From Felis catus (Eukaryota): DNA of 64,000 nt. Both the position numbers and the translations under genes were made by a program. Shown here one piece after another: positions 52,224 to 64,000 of this stretch (position 1 is the stretch's first letter; each line of letters opens with the position of its first letter). The stretch spans positions 113,958,001-114,022,000 of the forward strand of contig NC_058373.1 in the NCBI RefSeq assembly GCF_018350175.1, given 5' to 3'. Under the pieces are notes generated by a model. The model did not search any database, was not told the origin of the DNA, and saw nothing but the letters and a program-made list of their open reading frames with translations.

Positions 52224-52452
52224 ATTTTATTTTATTTTATTTATTTTTTTAATGTTTATTTTTTGAGAGAGAGAGACACACAGAGTGTGAGCAGGGGAGG
52301 GGCAGAGAGAGAGGGAGATGCAGAACCCGAAGCAGGCTCCAGGCTTTGAGCTGTCAGTGAAGAGCCCAACACGGGGCTCGAACCCACAAACCGTGAGATC
52401 ATGACCTGAGCTGAAGTCGGATGCTTAACCAACTGAGCCTCCCAGGCACCTC
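52224..52452 (-). mobile_element. Can-SINE (SINEC_Fc type)
   Basis: (TATTT)n tail, antisense body to ctgagcctcccaggcacctc. Confidence 0.95.
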
Positions 52453-52499
52453 AGCATATAATATTTTAATTCTTTCTGCATATCTGCGTTTTCTACATC

Positions 52500-53800
52500 T
52501 CTACGTGAAGATGGAGCACCTTCAGGTGTGCAGGCTCTGAATCGGGCCCGCCTCCCCACTCCAGCATGCTGTGCTCTGCTCACCTGCACCCGCTTTCGGC
52601 CCGTCACCTTGTGGTTAACATGGCCCTGTGGTTCAAGTGGGAGGGTTAGGAGCAGAGGGCCAGAGCCGGTGTCCTCCCTGAATGTCAAATGTGATGCTCT
52701 ACCTCAATGTTTCGAGTATCCTTGTAACCTACCAGGGAGCACTGGAAAGGGAGACGGGTGGTGGTGGTGGTGGGTGTTGTCTCTGTGCACGTCTCCGTGG
52801 GTGTAGAAGGTAGAGGTGCTACCTGAGGAAGACTCAGTGCGTACCCTTCACTGTCATGCTTCTGCATGCCTGTAAGATGGAAATCACATCCACTGACAGA
52901 GATCCTCGAAGAAGAGGTAAAATCGATGATGTGTTAGGGTGAGATCTGCTGTGGAAAGGCCCACTGTGCCAGGGCTGCCTGCTTTTTTTATGCACGTGCC
53001 CTGAGTGAGAGCAAGGATACAGTGGGCTTCCTTCCCCAGAGCCGGCACAGTAAACGTGCCGAGTAAATGGCAGAGTAAATGTCCGCTGGGTGTTTGTTCC
53101 AGCTCTGCGTCACCATCCCGTGCTCCCGGCTCTTTCTCCTCCCATCTGCCCTCTCTCTGGACTGCTCCCGTTTGTTTGTCCCTTACCCCCTCCCCAGCTA
53201 GCCCACTCCCCCGCATTGCTCCCTCCTCTCCCCTCCCTCTGCCACCACTCACTCCGCACGGGCCTCCAAAGAGTCCTGTCTTGACTCAAGACACCCATTA
53301 AACAAAGTGAGACACTAGCAGTCATCGGGCACTTTGTGAGGGAGGCCAATTAGAGGCCAGATTGATCAGGACGAGCAGCAGGACATCCCGAAAGACGCTT
53401 TGCTTCTGGGGAATGGGAGCTTAATCCCGTCACTGGCTGGATGGAGACTCCTGGGGCCTGCAAGCCTCATTCCTGCTGTGCCTGGAGGGAGACCATTGGA
53501 GGACAGCCGCGCCATGGAGGGCTCCGCTCACCAGCGGCCCCCCTCCCTCCCCCGGCCCCCTCGCTTCTCTTTTCTTCTGCAGTGACACACACTGCAGTGC
53601 CTCTGAGGTCATTTGTTTCCCACAGCCTCACAGGGCGCTGTGGCAACAAGGGGGACAATGATCTCTCCCAGGAATGATGGGAGGCCTTGTTTTGCCTTAA
53701 ATAAGCCCCTTCAAGGGAGCAGTAAGGTCTGTTGTGTGTGTGGTTTGTTTTTGCAGAAAATCCTTTTGCGCGTAGTTCCAGTGTGAAGTGCTCAGGCAAC
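52500..53800. promoter_or_regulatory. GC-rich, CpG-retaining block (candidate enhancer or weak promoter)
   Basis: About 38 CpG in 52501-53640 by manual count versus about 6 in the first 1.14 kb of the window; repeat-free. Confidence 0.35.
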
Positions 53801-56439
53801 TTCAATTGAAGACATAAAGAATCTTATGTGTGTGGGGGAGGGTTTAATTTTATTTTTATTGCTGTTTGGAGACCAGGATCATGTTTTCCCTTCTGCCAGT
53901 TACCCTTTTCCCACTCACGCTCCCTAGACCCCAGCGTTCTTTGGATAGTTTTAGGCAGGAATTGGCAGGTGTTGGGGCAGAGAGATGCCTGTGTCTCCAT
54001 GCTGGCATCTGACTTCCCTCAGCTGTGGTGTGAGCGCTCCAGGGATTTAGAAGTCCGGCACATTTCTCATCCGATCCTGGGCCCAAAGAACGTGCTTGAG
54101 ACTGGATATCCAGGGCTGAAATTCACAGCCAAGTGAAAGTGAGGTGGGAGGAAAGAGTACATTGTGGGTTGCCTCAGAACAGACCACGGGCTTTAATGCC
54201 AGAGCTTCAGAGGACTATGAGGAAAGGAGAAGGCCTGTGTACGAAATATGGAATAAAGAGAGTCAGGTTCTGTGCCCAATTTCGCTGTTTGATGAGGAGA
54301 GATGTGAGAGTATGTCTACGTACACCCTGACGGCACTGCTGGAAAGCACAGAACTGGCCCATTTGTCTTAGGCTGTCCAGGATTTTAGGTCTTCGGGCTG
54401 CTGAAGGGAGAGTGACCTCAGTGCTTGTATGGGCAGGCATTATTCTTTACAAAGGCTTTCTATTTGGTGAATCACGCTGTATCATACAATGTAGATATTT
54501 CATCTGGAGAAACTGAGGTTAGGTGACAGAGTGATAAGCCTTTCCCAAACCACGTAATGGATTTCAAGCCTTGAGATTAAAACCCAGGGCCTTTCATCCA
54601 CCAGGTCATTAGCTTATAAGTGTGATGTATGAATTCTTTCCCCTTGTTCCAAAAACAAAAACAAAAACAAGATATTCTCTTATCTGAGCAGTATGTATCA
54701 GAAACTGTATGGCTGTCTAAATTCTGTTTGTAAGCCATCTTTTCTTCCCTTGCTTTTTATAAGTCATATCCAACTGTTTATGAAATTTTGCACCTCTTTG
54801 ACATATCAGATGCAAAAACCATTGGCTTTATGATTGGATCACTGGGAAGAAGATAATATTTTTTCCCTTCCCTTTTTCATTTCCTGACTTTTTTCCAGTG
54901 ATAATTTTAATACATTTGTGAAATATTCAGGCAGGAAGGAGAGTTTTCCAGATGTTTCTGTTGATTGCTCTATTGCAAACACAGAACAGTTCAAAGACTG
55001 GTATCACTGTTTGGTAAATTGAAGAAACATATTGTTTTGATAACTAGTTATCCTTGAATTGAATAAACATTCCTAAGATTAACTTTTCTCCTAACAACCT
55101 TAGTGTCATTTTAATTGTTCACAAATTCTAAGGTGGGAGTCCTGGAAGTTTTGGTAATGGATTGACATATTGTCTTTTTTCTCTGGACCATCTCTTAAAT
55201 GCTTATTCTCAACTGTTCATTAGCTTCCAATAACAAACACACCACAGCCAATTCCAACAGATAGCCTGTGTCTCTGACAGTGATAGGACATTGGCCAGAC
55301 CATCTTCTCTGTGGCCATGATGGAAGTGTTCCAATCTTAGCTAAAGTCGACTGACCCATGTTTTAATATTTAGTGTAAAGAAAACAACAATAAACAAATA
55401 AAAATCATTAATATAGGTCTGTGACAGGTGACGAATGGCAAAAGAAAACTGCTGATCTATAGTCACGGACGGGCCATCTTTGGAAATGTTCCACTCTAAA
55501 GAAATGCAGATTGAGCCTGGTTAAGCAGCCTTCCCTCAGGGCTCATCTGAAGGTCTCCCTAAGGGTTCCCTGCCTACTGGCAAATTCCACTGCATCTTGC
55601 AGAGGCATGGAAGATGAGCTTGATTAAGTCCAAAATGGTAACCAAAAATGTTGAATAGCAAGAAACTGCCTGTGGTAGCCTTGGGAGCTAGTGAGTAAAT
55701 AACAGGCTGTTGTCCCACACCCTAGTTGAATGTTCTCAAGAGGTTCTTATGTTGCTCGCATTAGTGGGCATGTAAATGAAACCCCTGTTGGCCTTGGCAG
55801 ATATTGGCCTCTTCTGTGACCTTGTTTGACTGAAACAAAAAGTCATTGGTGGAACAAAATTTCAGGGCTCTGAACTTGGTTGAAAGAAAAGGGCAATTCT
55901 CTGAATTGGGTAATTGGATCACTCAAGTGCCCTAGGGCTTATATCAAACATATAAGAAGGGGATTAATAACTTCAGTGTATAAATGAGCTTCAGGCAGCT
56001 TCCAACTGTAACATTTCACTCTCAGGAGCTTGCGGACATAAAAACTGATTTTTTTTTCCAGAGCGTTTTGAAGGGCTTTTCATAAAACGCAGGAATGGAC
56101 TGTAGACTGCTATGGAATCCTTGTAATTGTGTATGGTCCAGTGTGATGAGCAACCTAGAAGCCTTTACAAAATGTCCACTTAAGAAAACCATTCGTGAGA
56201 TGTATTGTTGGAACCAAACGATGATGCCAATAATATTTTTCAAATCACTTGATATTCATTTCCTTAGTCATGATTTTATTATCTAGACTAGATTAGATGT
56301 ATCTACAAACTGGGAAGCTCACCACCTTCCTATTCCCTACAGTTGTTGGGGAGGACCCCAAGACTCACCACAGATGTATATGCATGTTACTCAGTTGTAA
56401 GGGGCCAGATGAAAAGCTGGGAAATTTTACAAATTAGTT

Positions 56440-56690
56440 TATTCATTAATTTGCTTACTCAACATTTATTTAATACCTATTATAAAACCGGACTTGAGAA
56501 TAAAGAAAAGCATAGAGTAAGACCCATGAACAGGTATTTGAAATACAGGCTCATAAGGATTGAAGGAATGCATGAGAAAGGAGCCATCAGTTCTTAGGAA
56601 CATGGAGGTAGAAAGGAGGCTAATGGAGGTGACAAGAGGTGAATCTACAAGGCAGAAAAACAGAAAAGAGTATTCCAGGCAGAGGATTCA
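56440..56690 (-). mobile_element. LINE-2 3' fragment
   Basis: ttcattaatttgcttactcaacatttatttaatacctat start; gtattccaggcagagg. Confidence 0.5.
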
Positions 56691-58652
56691 GGATTGAAAA
56701 AGGTTATTCACAAAGACTAAGTTTGTGATCAGTCTGGCCCAGGTAAAAAGATGCAGGCTAAAACTGTCATCTTCTCTTGGAGGAGAGGGATCAACAGATG
56801 TTTCTGTTGGGTCCTGAGGAAGTGGGATTTTTCGTGGTGGAGGCAACTTGGGCTCACAACATGAGTAGAAAAGGGGAAACAAAGGAACATTTCTGAAAAA
56901 TACATTGTTTTGAAATGTATCTTTAAGGGTATGAACATTCCAAGACCTCTGGCAACCACATAGAAAAGAAGAGCTCATAGGGGAACATTCTAGAATTGAT
57001 TCCTATCTTAATGGTTGTAGATCTATCTTGATACCAAACAGAGTTTGTAAGATTTTGCTATTTATTAATTGCCAAATCAATATAAAGGTGCTATTTTTTG
57101 ACTAAGGAAACATTACTAAAGCTGGGTAGAGTTGCTTCTAAGAACTAGACCACCAGAAATCTCTATCAGAAAAGGAGCTAACTTTCATTGTGACCCAAGT
57201 ATTTATTTTCATTTTTTTTCTTACAATGTTTATAGAAACCTTCAAGGCCGCTGTTTTACCTGCATAGTCACAAGTGAGTAAACAGCCTCAGAGAAGTTAA
57301 ATCAATTCCTCAGAATTCTAGTGCAGCCAGTACAAGGCAAAGCCCATGTCCTCCCTGTCATGCAAACCCTTGCCCATCATAGCTAAGTCTTCAGGCTTAT
57401 TTATGTCCACTTACAAGAGAAAAGACAGACATTTGAGTTCTCTCGTATTTGTTTTGGTTTTGTCACTGATCATGTTTTCTCCCTATAAAGAAGATATGTT
57501 TCATTCTCCTCCTTCTCCTCCTCTGCCTTCTTCCTGCAATACCTGGGTGCCTCTCGCCAGAAGTGGCAAATACGTTCCACCTTCTATTCAACTCCAAGTG
57601 ATCTGTAGTGGCCCCTGGGCCTGCTGTATTGTAACTGCCTGGCAGCAGCTCCCCTGGGCTCTGTGGTGAGGGGGTGGTGGTACGTGTGCTGCGTATCTGT
57701 CATCAAGACTGCTACCTTGCTTCACCCCCAAAGTGGTGAGTGAGATAAATCATTTGAAGTCCTAAGACAAGAGAGCCATGCCTCTTTCCCAAAGTAGGGA
57801 ACATTCTGCCGCTAAGTAAAGAAAGAAAAAAGAGCAGTGAATTTATAAGAGAGATTTGCAGTCTACGAATTAGAAGGGAAAACCTTAAGGAGGAGGCTAA
57901 ATGAAATAGATTACAAACATCTGAAGTGGGACTGCAGAATCACGTTGTGATTTTGTGGCTCATTTTCAGGGTAGCTGCTGGAATCTGTTCTTTTCTTTTT
58001 TTAGTTTTATTGTATTTTTTTCCCCTCTATGTGCAAGGAGATGGTAACCACAAAAAGCAACAGCCTCCTGCATCCCTTGGCTGTACAGTTTAGCCAGTAC
58101 CCAGCTCTCCTCCCTGCAGTCGGCCCTGGCTTGTCCTGAGGAGGCCGGTGATTCATCCCTCTTGGGACCTGAGACATGGTTCCATATTGATATCACCCAT
58201 TGGGCTTATTGCTTGAATCCCCAGATTGTTGGTGTGTTTGTTGACTTTTCGTCTAAAAATAAAAGTCACTTAAGGCAAATAGCGTAGTGCCAATGGTTTT
58301 GGCTATTTGTGAAATTTAGAAACTCATTTAGAAAACCACCATCAGGATTTTCTTGGCATTGTATCAGATTCAGCATGTTACGCTTCAGCACACGAGCTCT
58401 TGCACAGATTGAGGCCCCTGAGTTGAATTATGGAAAACCTCCCCAAGAAAGTTAGAACTCAGGAAGTAGTATTGGTGATCCACAAAGTACTACTATATTT
58501 TCTAAGGGTCTCTTCTGGTCATACCGCTGTTCCTTCTTGGGTAAGATGTGAAACTGGCATGCTACCCTTTTCAAGGAAAAAGTGTTAGCTGCTTGGCTTT
58601 GGAGCTTTGGGGAACTCAGGCAATGACTTTACCCTTTAAACTCCTGTTCTTT

Positions 58653-58867
58653 CTTTCTTTTTAAAAAAATTTTTAATGTTTATTTTGGGGGGTGGGGAAC
58701 ATGAGCAGGGGGAGGAGCAGAGAGAGAGGGAGACAGAGAATCCAAAGCAGGCTCAAGGCTCTAAGCTGTCAGCACAGAGCCCAATGTGGGGCTCGAACCC
58801 ATGATCCATGAGACCATGACCTGAGTTGAAGTTGGACGCTTAACCAACTGAGCCACCCAGGAACCTC
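58653..58867 (-). mobile_element. Can-SINE (SINEC_Fc type)
   Basis: Antisense body; perfect TSD aactcctgttcttt 58639-58652 / 58870-58883. Confidence 0.95.
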
Positions 58868-59559
58868 AGAACTCCTGTTCTTTAAAATGGGTGGCACATC
58901 CTTCATTTTCCCTCCCAAGTCATTATACATTATTTCTGACTGCGAGAGTCCATTCCAGAGCCTATTTTATCCAGGTAATGGATGGAGTAATTATAATTGT
59001 AATGACTAGCTCGGTACAAGTTGCAAAATTGGAGACCTAGTCATCTCTCTGGGTCATACAGAAGTCACTTCTGGACAAAAACTGCTGTATACAATGTATA
59101 TTTTTAAAAATGATCTTTCTTCTACTTTGTGCTGCAAAAACAAACTTTGAGGGGATGCTTCTCCCACAGGATATGGAAATGGCCTTGGACCATATCCAGG
59201 GTTAATGACACAGCTGCTGTTTCCTGCAAGGGACATCCCACATCCAGAAGGGGAAAAAGACAAAGTTAAATATATAGCAAGAGGGTAATGTCTGAACCTA
59301 TTAATGAGGAAGAAAGGATTTGCCTGTTACACAACCCACTTGTAATAATATACAGCTATTGGCAGGAATTAGAGTTTATGTTTAGAAGACATATTTAAGC
59401 TCTTTACCACAGGGCAACCAATCCAATAATAACCATGGCAACATCATTTGCTTATGGCACCTAATAATTTTTAAGTTCCTTTTTATATCTAGTTTTATAC
59501 TCAGAACAACCTGAGGAAGTTGGTGAGTTGGATGGAGCTAGGTGGTAAGCATGGGCTAC

Positions 59560-61170
59560 GGAATGTGAAGCAAAGGAAGGAGTTTAGACTTTATTCTAAG
59601 CTTGATGTAAAGTTTTAAGATGCTTCAGAGTTTTAAAGGATGGACATGACATGATACACATTTTAGAAAGATCATTCATCTTGCTGTATGGGAATATAGA
59701 CTATACAGGGACCAGAGTGGAAGCAGGGGACCAGTCAGGAAACACAACACTAATCCAGTTGAGAGATGATGGTGGCTTAGACTGTGGTGGCAGGGGTGAG
59801 AAGTGCTTTAGATTCATGATCAATTTTGAAGAAACTGCTTAGAAGACCTACATATAGATTGAATATAAGGTGTAAATATTTTTTAAAAATCAAGAATTGT
59901 CTCTAGATTTCGGAACCTAGATGACTCTGGGAATAGTTGTATTTTTTTTTCTATGAAGTTCCATGGAGCTATTTAGGAAAAAACAAAAAACAAACAAAAA
60001 ACCCAAAAACCTAGCCACATTGAGGAGAAGAGCAGAATGGATGGAAGAGAGTGGGGAGAGATTTCTATCTTAGAAAAACTGAATTTGAAATGTCTGTTAA
60101 ACATGCAAGTAGAGATGTAGGCAGACTATATGAGTCTGGAGCCCAGGGGAGTGGACTGAACTGAAGCTGGGGAAAGGGCTAGGGACAGTTCTTGAGGGTA
60201 CAGCAACACTTAGAAGCAGAAAAGAGGGGAAATCTTTAAGGAGACTGGGAAGGAAGAGATGGTGAAGTGGGAGGAAATCATGAGCCTATGATTTTTCTGG
60301 AAGCCAAATGAAGCAAGTCTTTCAAAAAGAAAGGAGCCAGGGGCACCTGGGTAGTTCAGTTGGTTAAGTGTCTGACTTCGGCTCAGGTCATGATCTCACA
60401 GTTCGTGGGTTCGAGCCCCGCGTTGGGCTCTGTGCTGACAGCTCAGAGCCTGGAGCCTGTTTCAGATTCTGTGTTTCCCTCTCTCTCTGCCCCTCCCCTT
60501 TTCACGCTCTGTCTCTGTCTCTGTTTCAAGAATAAATAAACATTAAAAAAAAAAGAAGAGAAAGGAGCCAGATCTAATGCTACTGAGAGGTCAAATAAGG
60601 TGAGGACTGAGAGTTGAGCCTTGGATCTGGCAGGATATAGTCAATGGTGACCTTGAAAGAGTGGTGCTAGTGAAGTGTTGGGGATATGAGCATGACTGGA
60701 GTAGGCTGAAGAAAGAATCAGAGGTGAGGAAGTGAAAACAGAGGGCATGGACATCTTTTTAAAGGTGTTTTACTATGAATAGAAACAGGGAAATGGAGAG
60801 GTAGCTGGAGAAGTCAAAGGTGTTTTTATTTTGTATTTTTGTAGTGATGAACATAATTACTAGAAGGGGAAAATGTGATAATGCTGGAGAGAAAAAAGGA
60901 TACCACTACTACAAAGACCTGAAGGATGTAGGAAGGGATGGGTTCCAAGTCCAAGTGGATGGACTGGCCTTAGGTTGAAGCATGACTGCTTATCCATTGA
61001 AGCAGAAAAGAAGGAAGACTACATGAGTATAAATGCAAGCAGGGTAATAGACTTGGTGATGTGAGGTTGAGGTCGTTTTCTTCTGATGGTCTCACTTTTC
61101 TCAGTGAAATAAGACATGAGATGGTCAGTGGAAAGTGAAGAAAGGAAAAGGAAATGTTGGAAACTGGAGA
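59560..61170 (-). mobile_element. Long LINE-2 fragment interrupted by a Can-SINE
   Basis: ggagtttagactttattctaag, gagagatgatggtggcttagac, gaggtcaaataaggtgaggactgag, ggtgaccttga, gaggtgaggaagtg motifs in colinear order. Confidence 0.8.
60340..60558 (+). mobile_element. Can-SINE (SINEC_Fc type)
   Basis: ggggcacctgggtagttcagttggttaag..ttcgagccccgcgttgggctc; TSD agaaaggagccag 60328-60340 / 60559-60571. Confidence 0.95.
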
Positions 61171-62239
61171 ATATTTGATGGAATAGTCAGACAATCTTTT
61201 TACTTTGCCACCATTGCCTTTGATTCCTTTGTGATTTCATGAGAAAATAGATCCCAAATATAGACTTGGTAATTTATTCAACAGAGAGAGAGTTCAGAAG
61301 AAATAGGACCCCTAGGTGGCTGCCAACTCTGTGAGCTAGGGGAAGTGGGCTATATAAAAAGGGATAAAATATTGGTGGCTATGTCAAATGAACCTCCTCT
61401 GAGGACTCTCAGTGGAGGGGGAGGCTATCATCAGAGCCCTTGCCTCCATCCAAGATGCCCCATTTGGCTAAAGTCATGATGCTTGAGGCATATTCTCCAG
61501 CTGTCCAGGGCTGACCCAACTCATTCTGTCCCTCACTAAGTTGCTTAGAGATGTTTACCTAACAAACTAAGTAAATCCTCACTCTACATTGATGTTATGC
61601 CTCTTTCATATTTGTGAAAGAACTCTTGAGTCTCATATCTGCATGTACTACAGACCCAACAGTAGGTGCTTAGGGAAGGAGTATATTGACTAGAGGACTT
61701 CCCAGATGGTATTTATCTATTATGCTCCCTGGAAGATATTTGAATTCTGTTTAAATGCTATCTGTACACAGGGGTTAATTGGAATCCTAATATTCAAAGA
61801 TCCTTGCTTGGTGTTCTGATAACTAGAAAGTAAAAAAGCTGGGCTTGTGGATGATTAAGAAGAAATAGTGAAATTAAAGGAGATATCTCTTTTACTTCTG
61901 TAGCCCTGAAAGAATGACAACATGAGAACCAAACAGACCTTTCTTCCCTCTTTAAGGTGGTGACATTACATTTTCATGGCCCTTTTCACTCTTTCTCCCC
62001 AGGGATGCTGCTGTGATGTACACCATTCTTAGGGCAATGATACTTTCTTTTCATATGTATTTTTATGTCTCTTAATAAATAAAGTAAATGAAAAAAAAGT
62101 ATGTACAAAAAGAACTATTTAGTACTATTATTTAATAGTATTTAAATCAAACCAGTTTCTTTGGGATGAGTTCTGTGTACATGTTTCCTCATTACTGACA
62201 AATCACCTAGTTGCTTGCCACTGCTTATTGATTACCCTA

Positions 62240-62710
62240 GGTACGTTGTATTTATCATCTTATTCAATCCTCAGAACTGCTTTCTCATTGCCGTTTCACA
62301 GATGAGGTTAGAGGCCCAGAAAGGTTTAAATAGCCTATTCAAAGCCACATACCCAGTGAGTGGGAGAGTGAAGAATTTAACTCTGGTCTCTCTGTTTCCA
62401 AACCCAGAGAGCTTTCCACTACACCACATTGCCCATCATATAGTCAGTGATAATAATGGCTTGGTTATTTGTATTTGCAAAACATCATTTATTGAACCTA
62501 TAAATATTACTATCTTCTTTGTGTTTTGGAGAAAGGAAGGAAAGAACCAACATTTATTGGACACCTTATATATGTCAGATATAATCTTAGTCACACTCAC
62601 ATACCAGACATGTTATGTTGTCCTCATTTTACACGTGAGAAAATGAAACTTAACAGAGAAATTGAGTTGCCCAGTGTCACAGCTCGCAAAGGAGTTAAGA
62701 GTCAATCCCA
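62240..62710 (-). mobile_element. Two tandem MIR SINEs (~62240-62430 and ~62545-62710)
   Basis: tttcacagatgaggttagaggcccagaaaggttt and cattttacacgtgagaaaatgaaacttaacagagaa cores. Confidence 0.75.
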
Positions 62711-62714
62711 GTGC

Positions 62715-62850
62715 TTCCCTTAGCAAATCTAAGCTCTATTGGAGCAGGGAGAGAGTCTGTTTTTAATCACTATTATCCCTAATGTCTGGTAGAACATCTG
62801 ACTGTGGCACATAGTAGGTGCCCAAGAAAAATTTAATGCATGGATAAGGA
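62715..62850 (+). mobile_element. LINE-2 3' terminus
   Basis: taagctctattggagcaggga..tctgttttt..tggcacatagtaggtgcccaagaaaa. Confidence 0.65.
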
Positions 62851-64000
62851 TTGAACATGCTGTAAGCTGCAATTAAAATGCACCGAGCCTTGTGCTGTGC
62901 TTTCTAGAGTATTCTAATGGCTGTTGGCATAATGCAGTGAGAAGGTTCTGGAAATGAATCGGTGAAAGCATGTATGTTTCTGATTGCAGAACCCCTGCTC
63001 TTCTCACAGCTGTGCAATCTCAGCGATGGAATTGCTTTTATATTTTTGGGAAAACCGAGGCACAAAAGTTACTTTGGCAAAGACTTTTGCAAGTCAGTGG
63101 ACAATTTGTGACACAACTGAAGTCTTGAGATTCTCACCTTTATTGCCCTAACTACTTAACAACCCTGCAGTCCCTGTGGGGTTATAGCTTTCTGTAAATC
63201 TGGTACTTAATCATTTAAAGGGATGGCAATTTATCTTAAATACGCACCTTATTATGGATGTGACACACTTAACACAGATGGTCTCAGAAGTTTTTCCTGG
63301 CTTCCCCTACCCTAACAGTATCTAGTATGTTAATGTCAATATTAGCTTTACTGTTTTAGGTAACTTTGGTATGCTTCTCATTAGCTGGAACCGTAAAGAG
63401 CTCAGTTTTACCTGCGCTGAGGGATCGCTAAATTCCTATTGGCATCTGAGTGCACAGTCCCATGTTGAAAGTGAGGTCATGTTTCTCCTGGATTGTGCCT
63501 GTATCTGATGAGCCTGGGCTGGCGTGAATCCGAGACAATGAAATAATCACAGCCATTAGCTCACCCGGGCCCTATTAAGATGCGGCCTGGCTTTCCACCC
63601 ATTTCTCCTGCCTGGAAAAACTGACACAGTCATGGTTTGTAAAGGTTAGCGGAGAAGGAACTGCTTCCACGACCGAAACGGCACCACCCTACTTAGACCT
63701 GGGACCACTCTGCTGCTTGATCTCAGGAAACGGCACTTCAGGAGCCGTGGTGAGAAGGGTTTTCTTTAATCTTCTTGTATGTGGTGGTAAAGTTGAATTT
63801 TCCTAACATGCTCTTTCTCCCATCCCACTTCTGTGGCTAGTGGGTCACTCTGGAGCAGTGGCTTCCAAACCCTTCACTGTTTACTGTATTTCTCTTTACG
63901 GGCCCACATTTTGAAGGTTTGGGCCTAGTAAACACACTGTAATGGTTCAGTAAGTATTCAGTGTTCTTGTTGACACCTGGTGTCACTATTGCTGGATCTT

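Noticed and set aside
3209..60558. SINE strand bias (9 minus vs 4 plus) as evidence for a + strand host gene
   Set aside because: Sample too small to be significant; host gene identity and strand cannot be determined from this window
62215..62646. 143-aa ORF
   Set aside because: Translation of antisense MIR elements
1..64000. Protein-coding genes from the six-frame ORF list
   Set aside because: All ORFs are 150 aa or less, many start at non-ATG codons, and none resembles a protein family I recognise except an L1 ORF2 relic. No consistent exon chain was found. Tiny exons of a host gene cannot be excluded without alignment.

Overview
Mammalian nuclear DNA, almost certainly from a cat (Felidae). 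The evidence is 13 feliform-type Can-SINEs (tRNA-derived head, (CT)n tract, A-tail, most with readable target-site duplications, TSDs) and a short young L1_Fc-type 3' end. The rest is typical non-coding sequence: many ancient MIR and L2 relics, old L1M fragments, hAT-Charlie/MER DNA-transposon remnants, ERVL/MaLR solo LTRs and microsatellites. I could not support any protein-coding exon, RNA gene or pseudogene. The listed ORFs are short and many are translations of repeats, so the window looks like a large intron or intergenic region. No new biological system is evident. The most notable items are: (i) a Can-SINE carrying ~190 bp of extra 3' sequence inside a perfect 15-bp TSD, an apparent serial 3' transduction; (ii) a SINE whose TSD became twin (TG)n microsatellites; (iii) nested and inverted SINE pairs; (iv) several repeat-free, CpG-retaining, homeobox-motif-rich blocks that look like enhancers; (v) a pre-miRNA-sized hairpin. 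Repeat family names come from remembered consensus sequences, and boundaries of old repeats are approximate.
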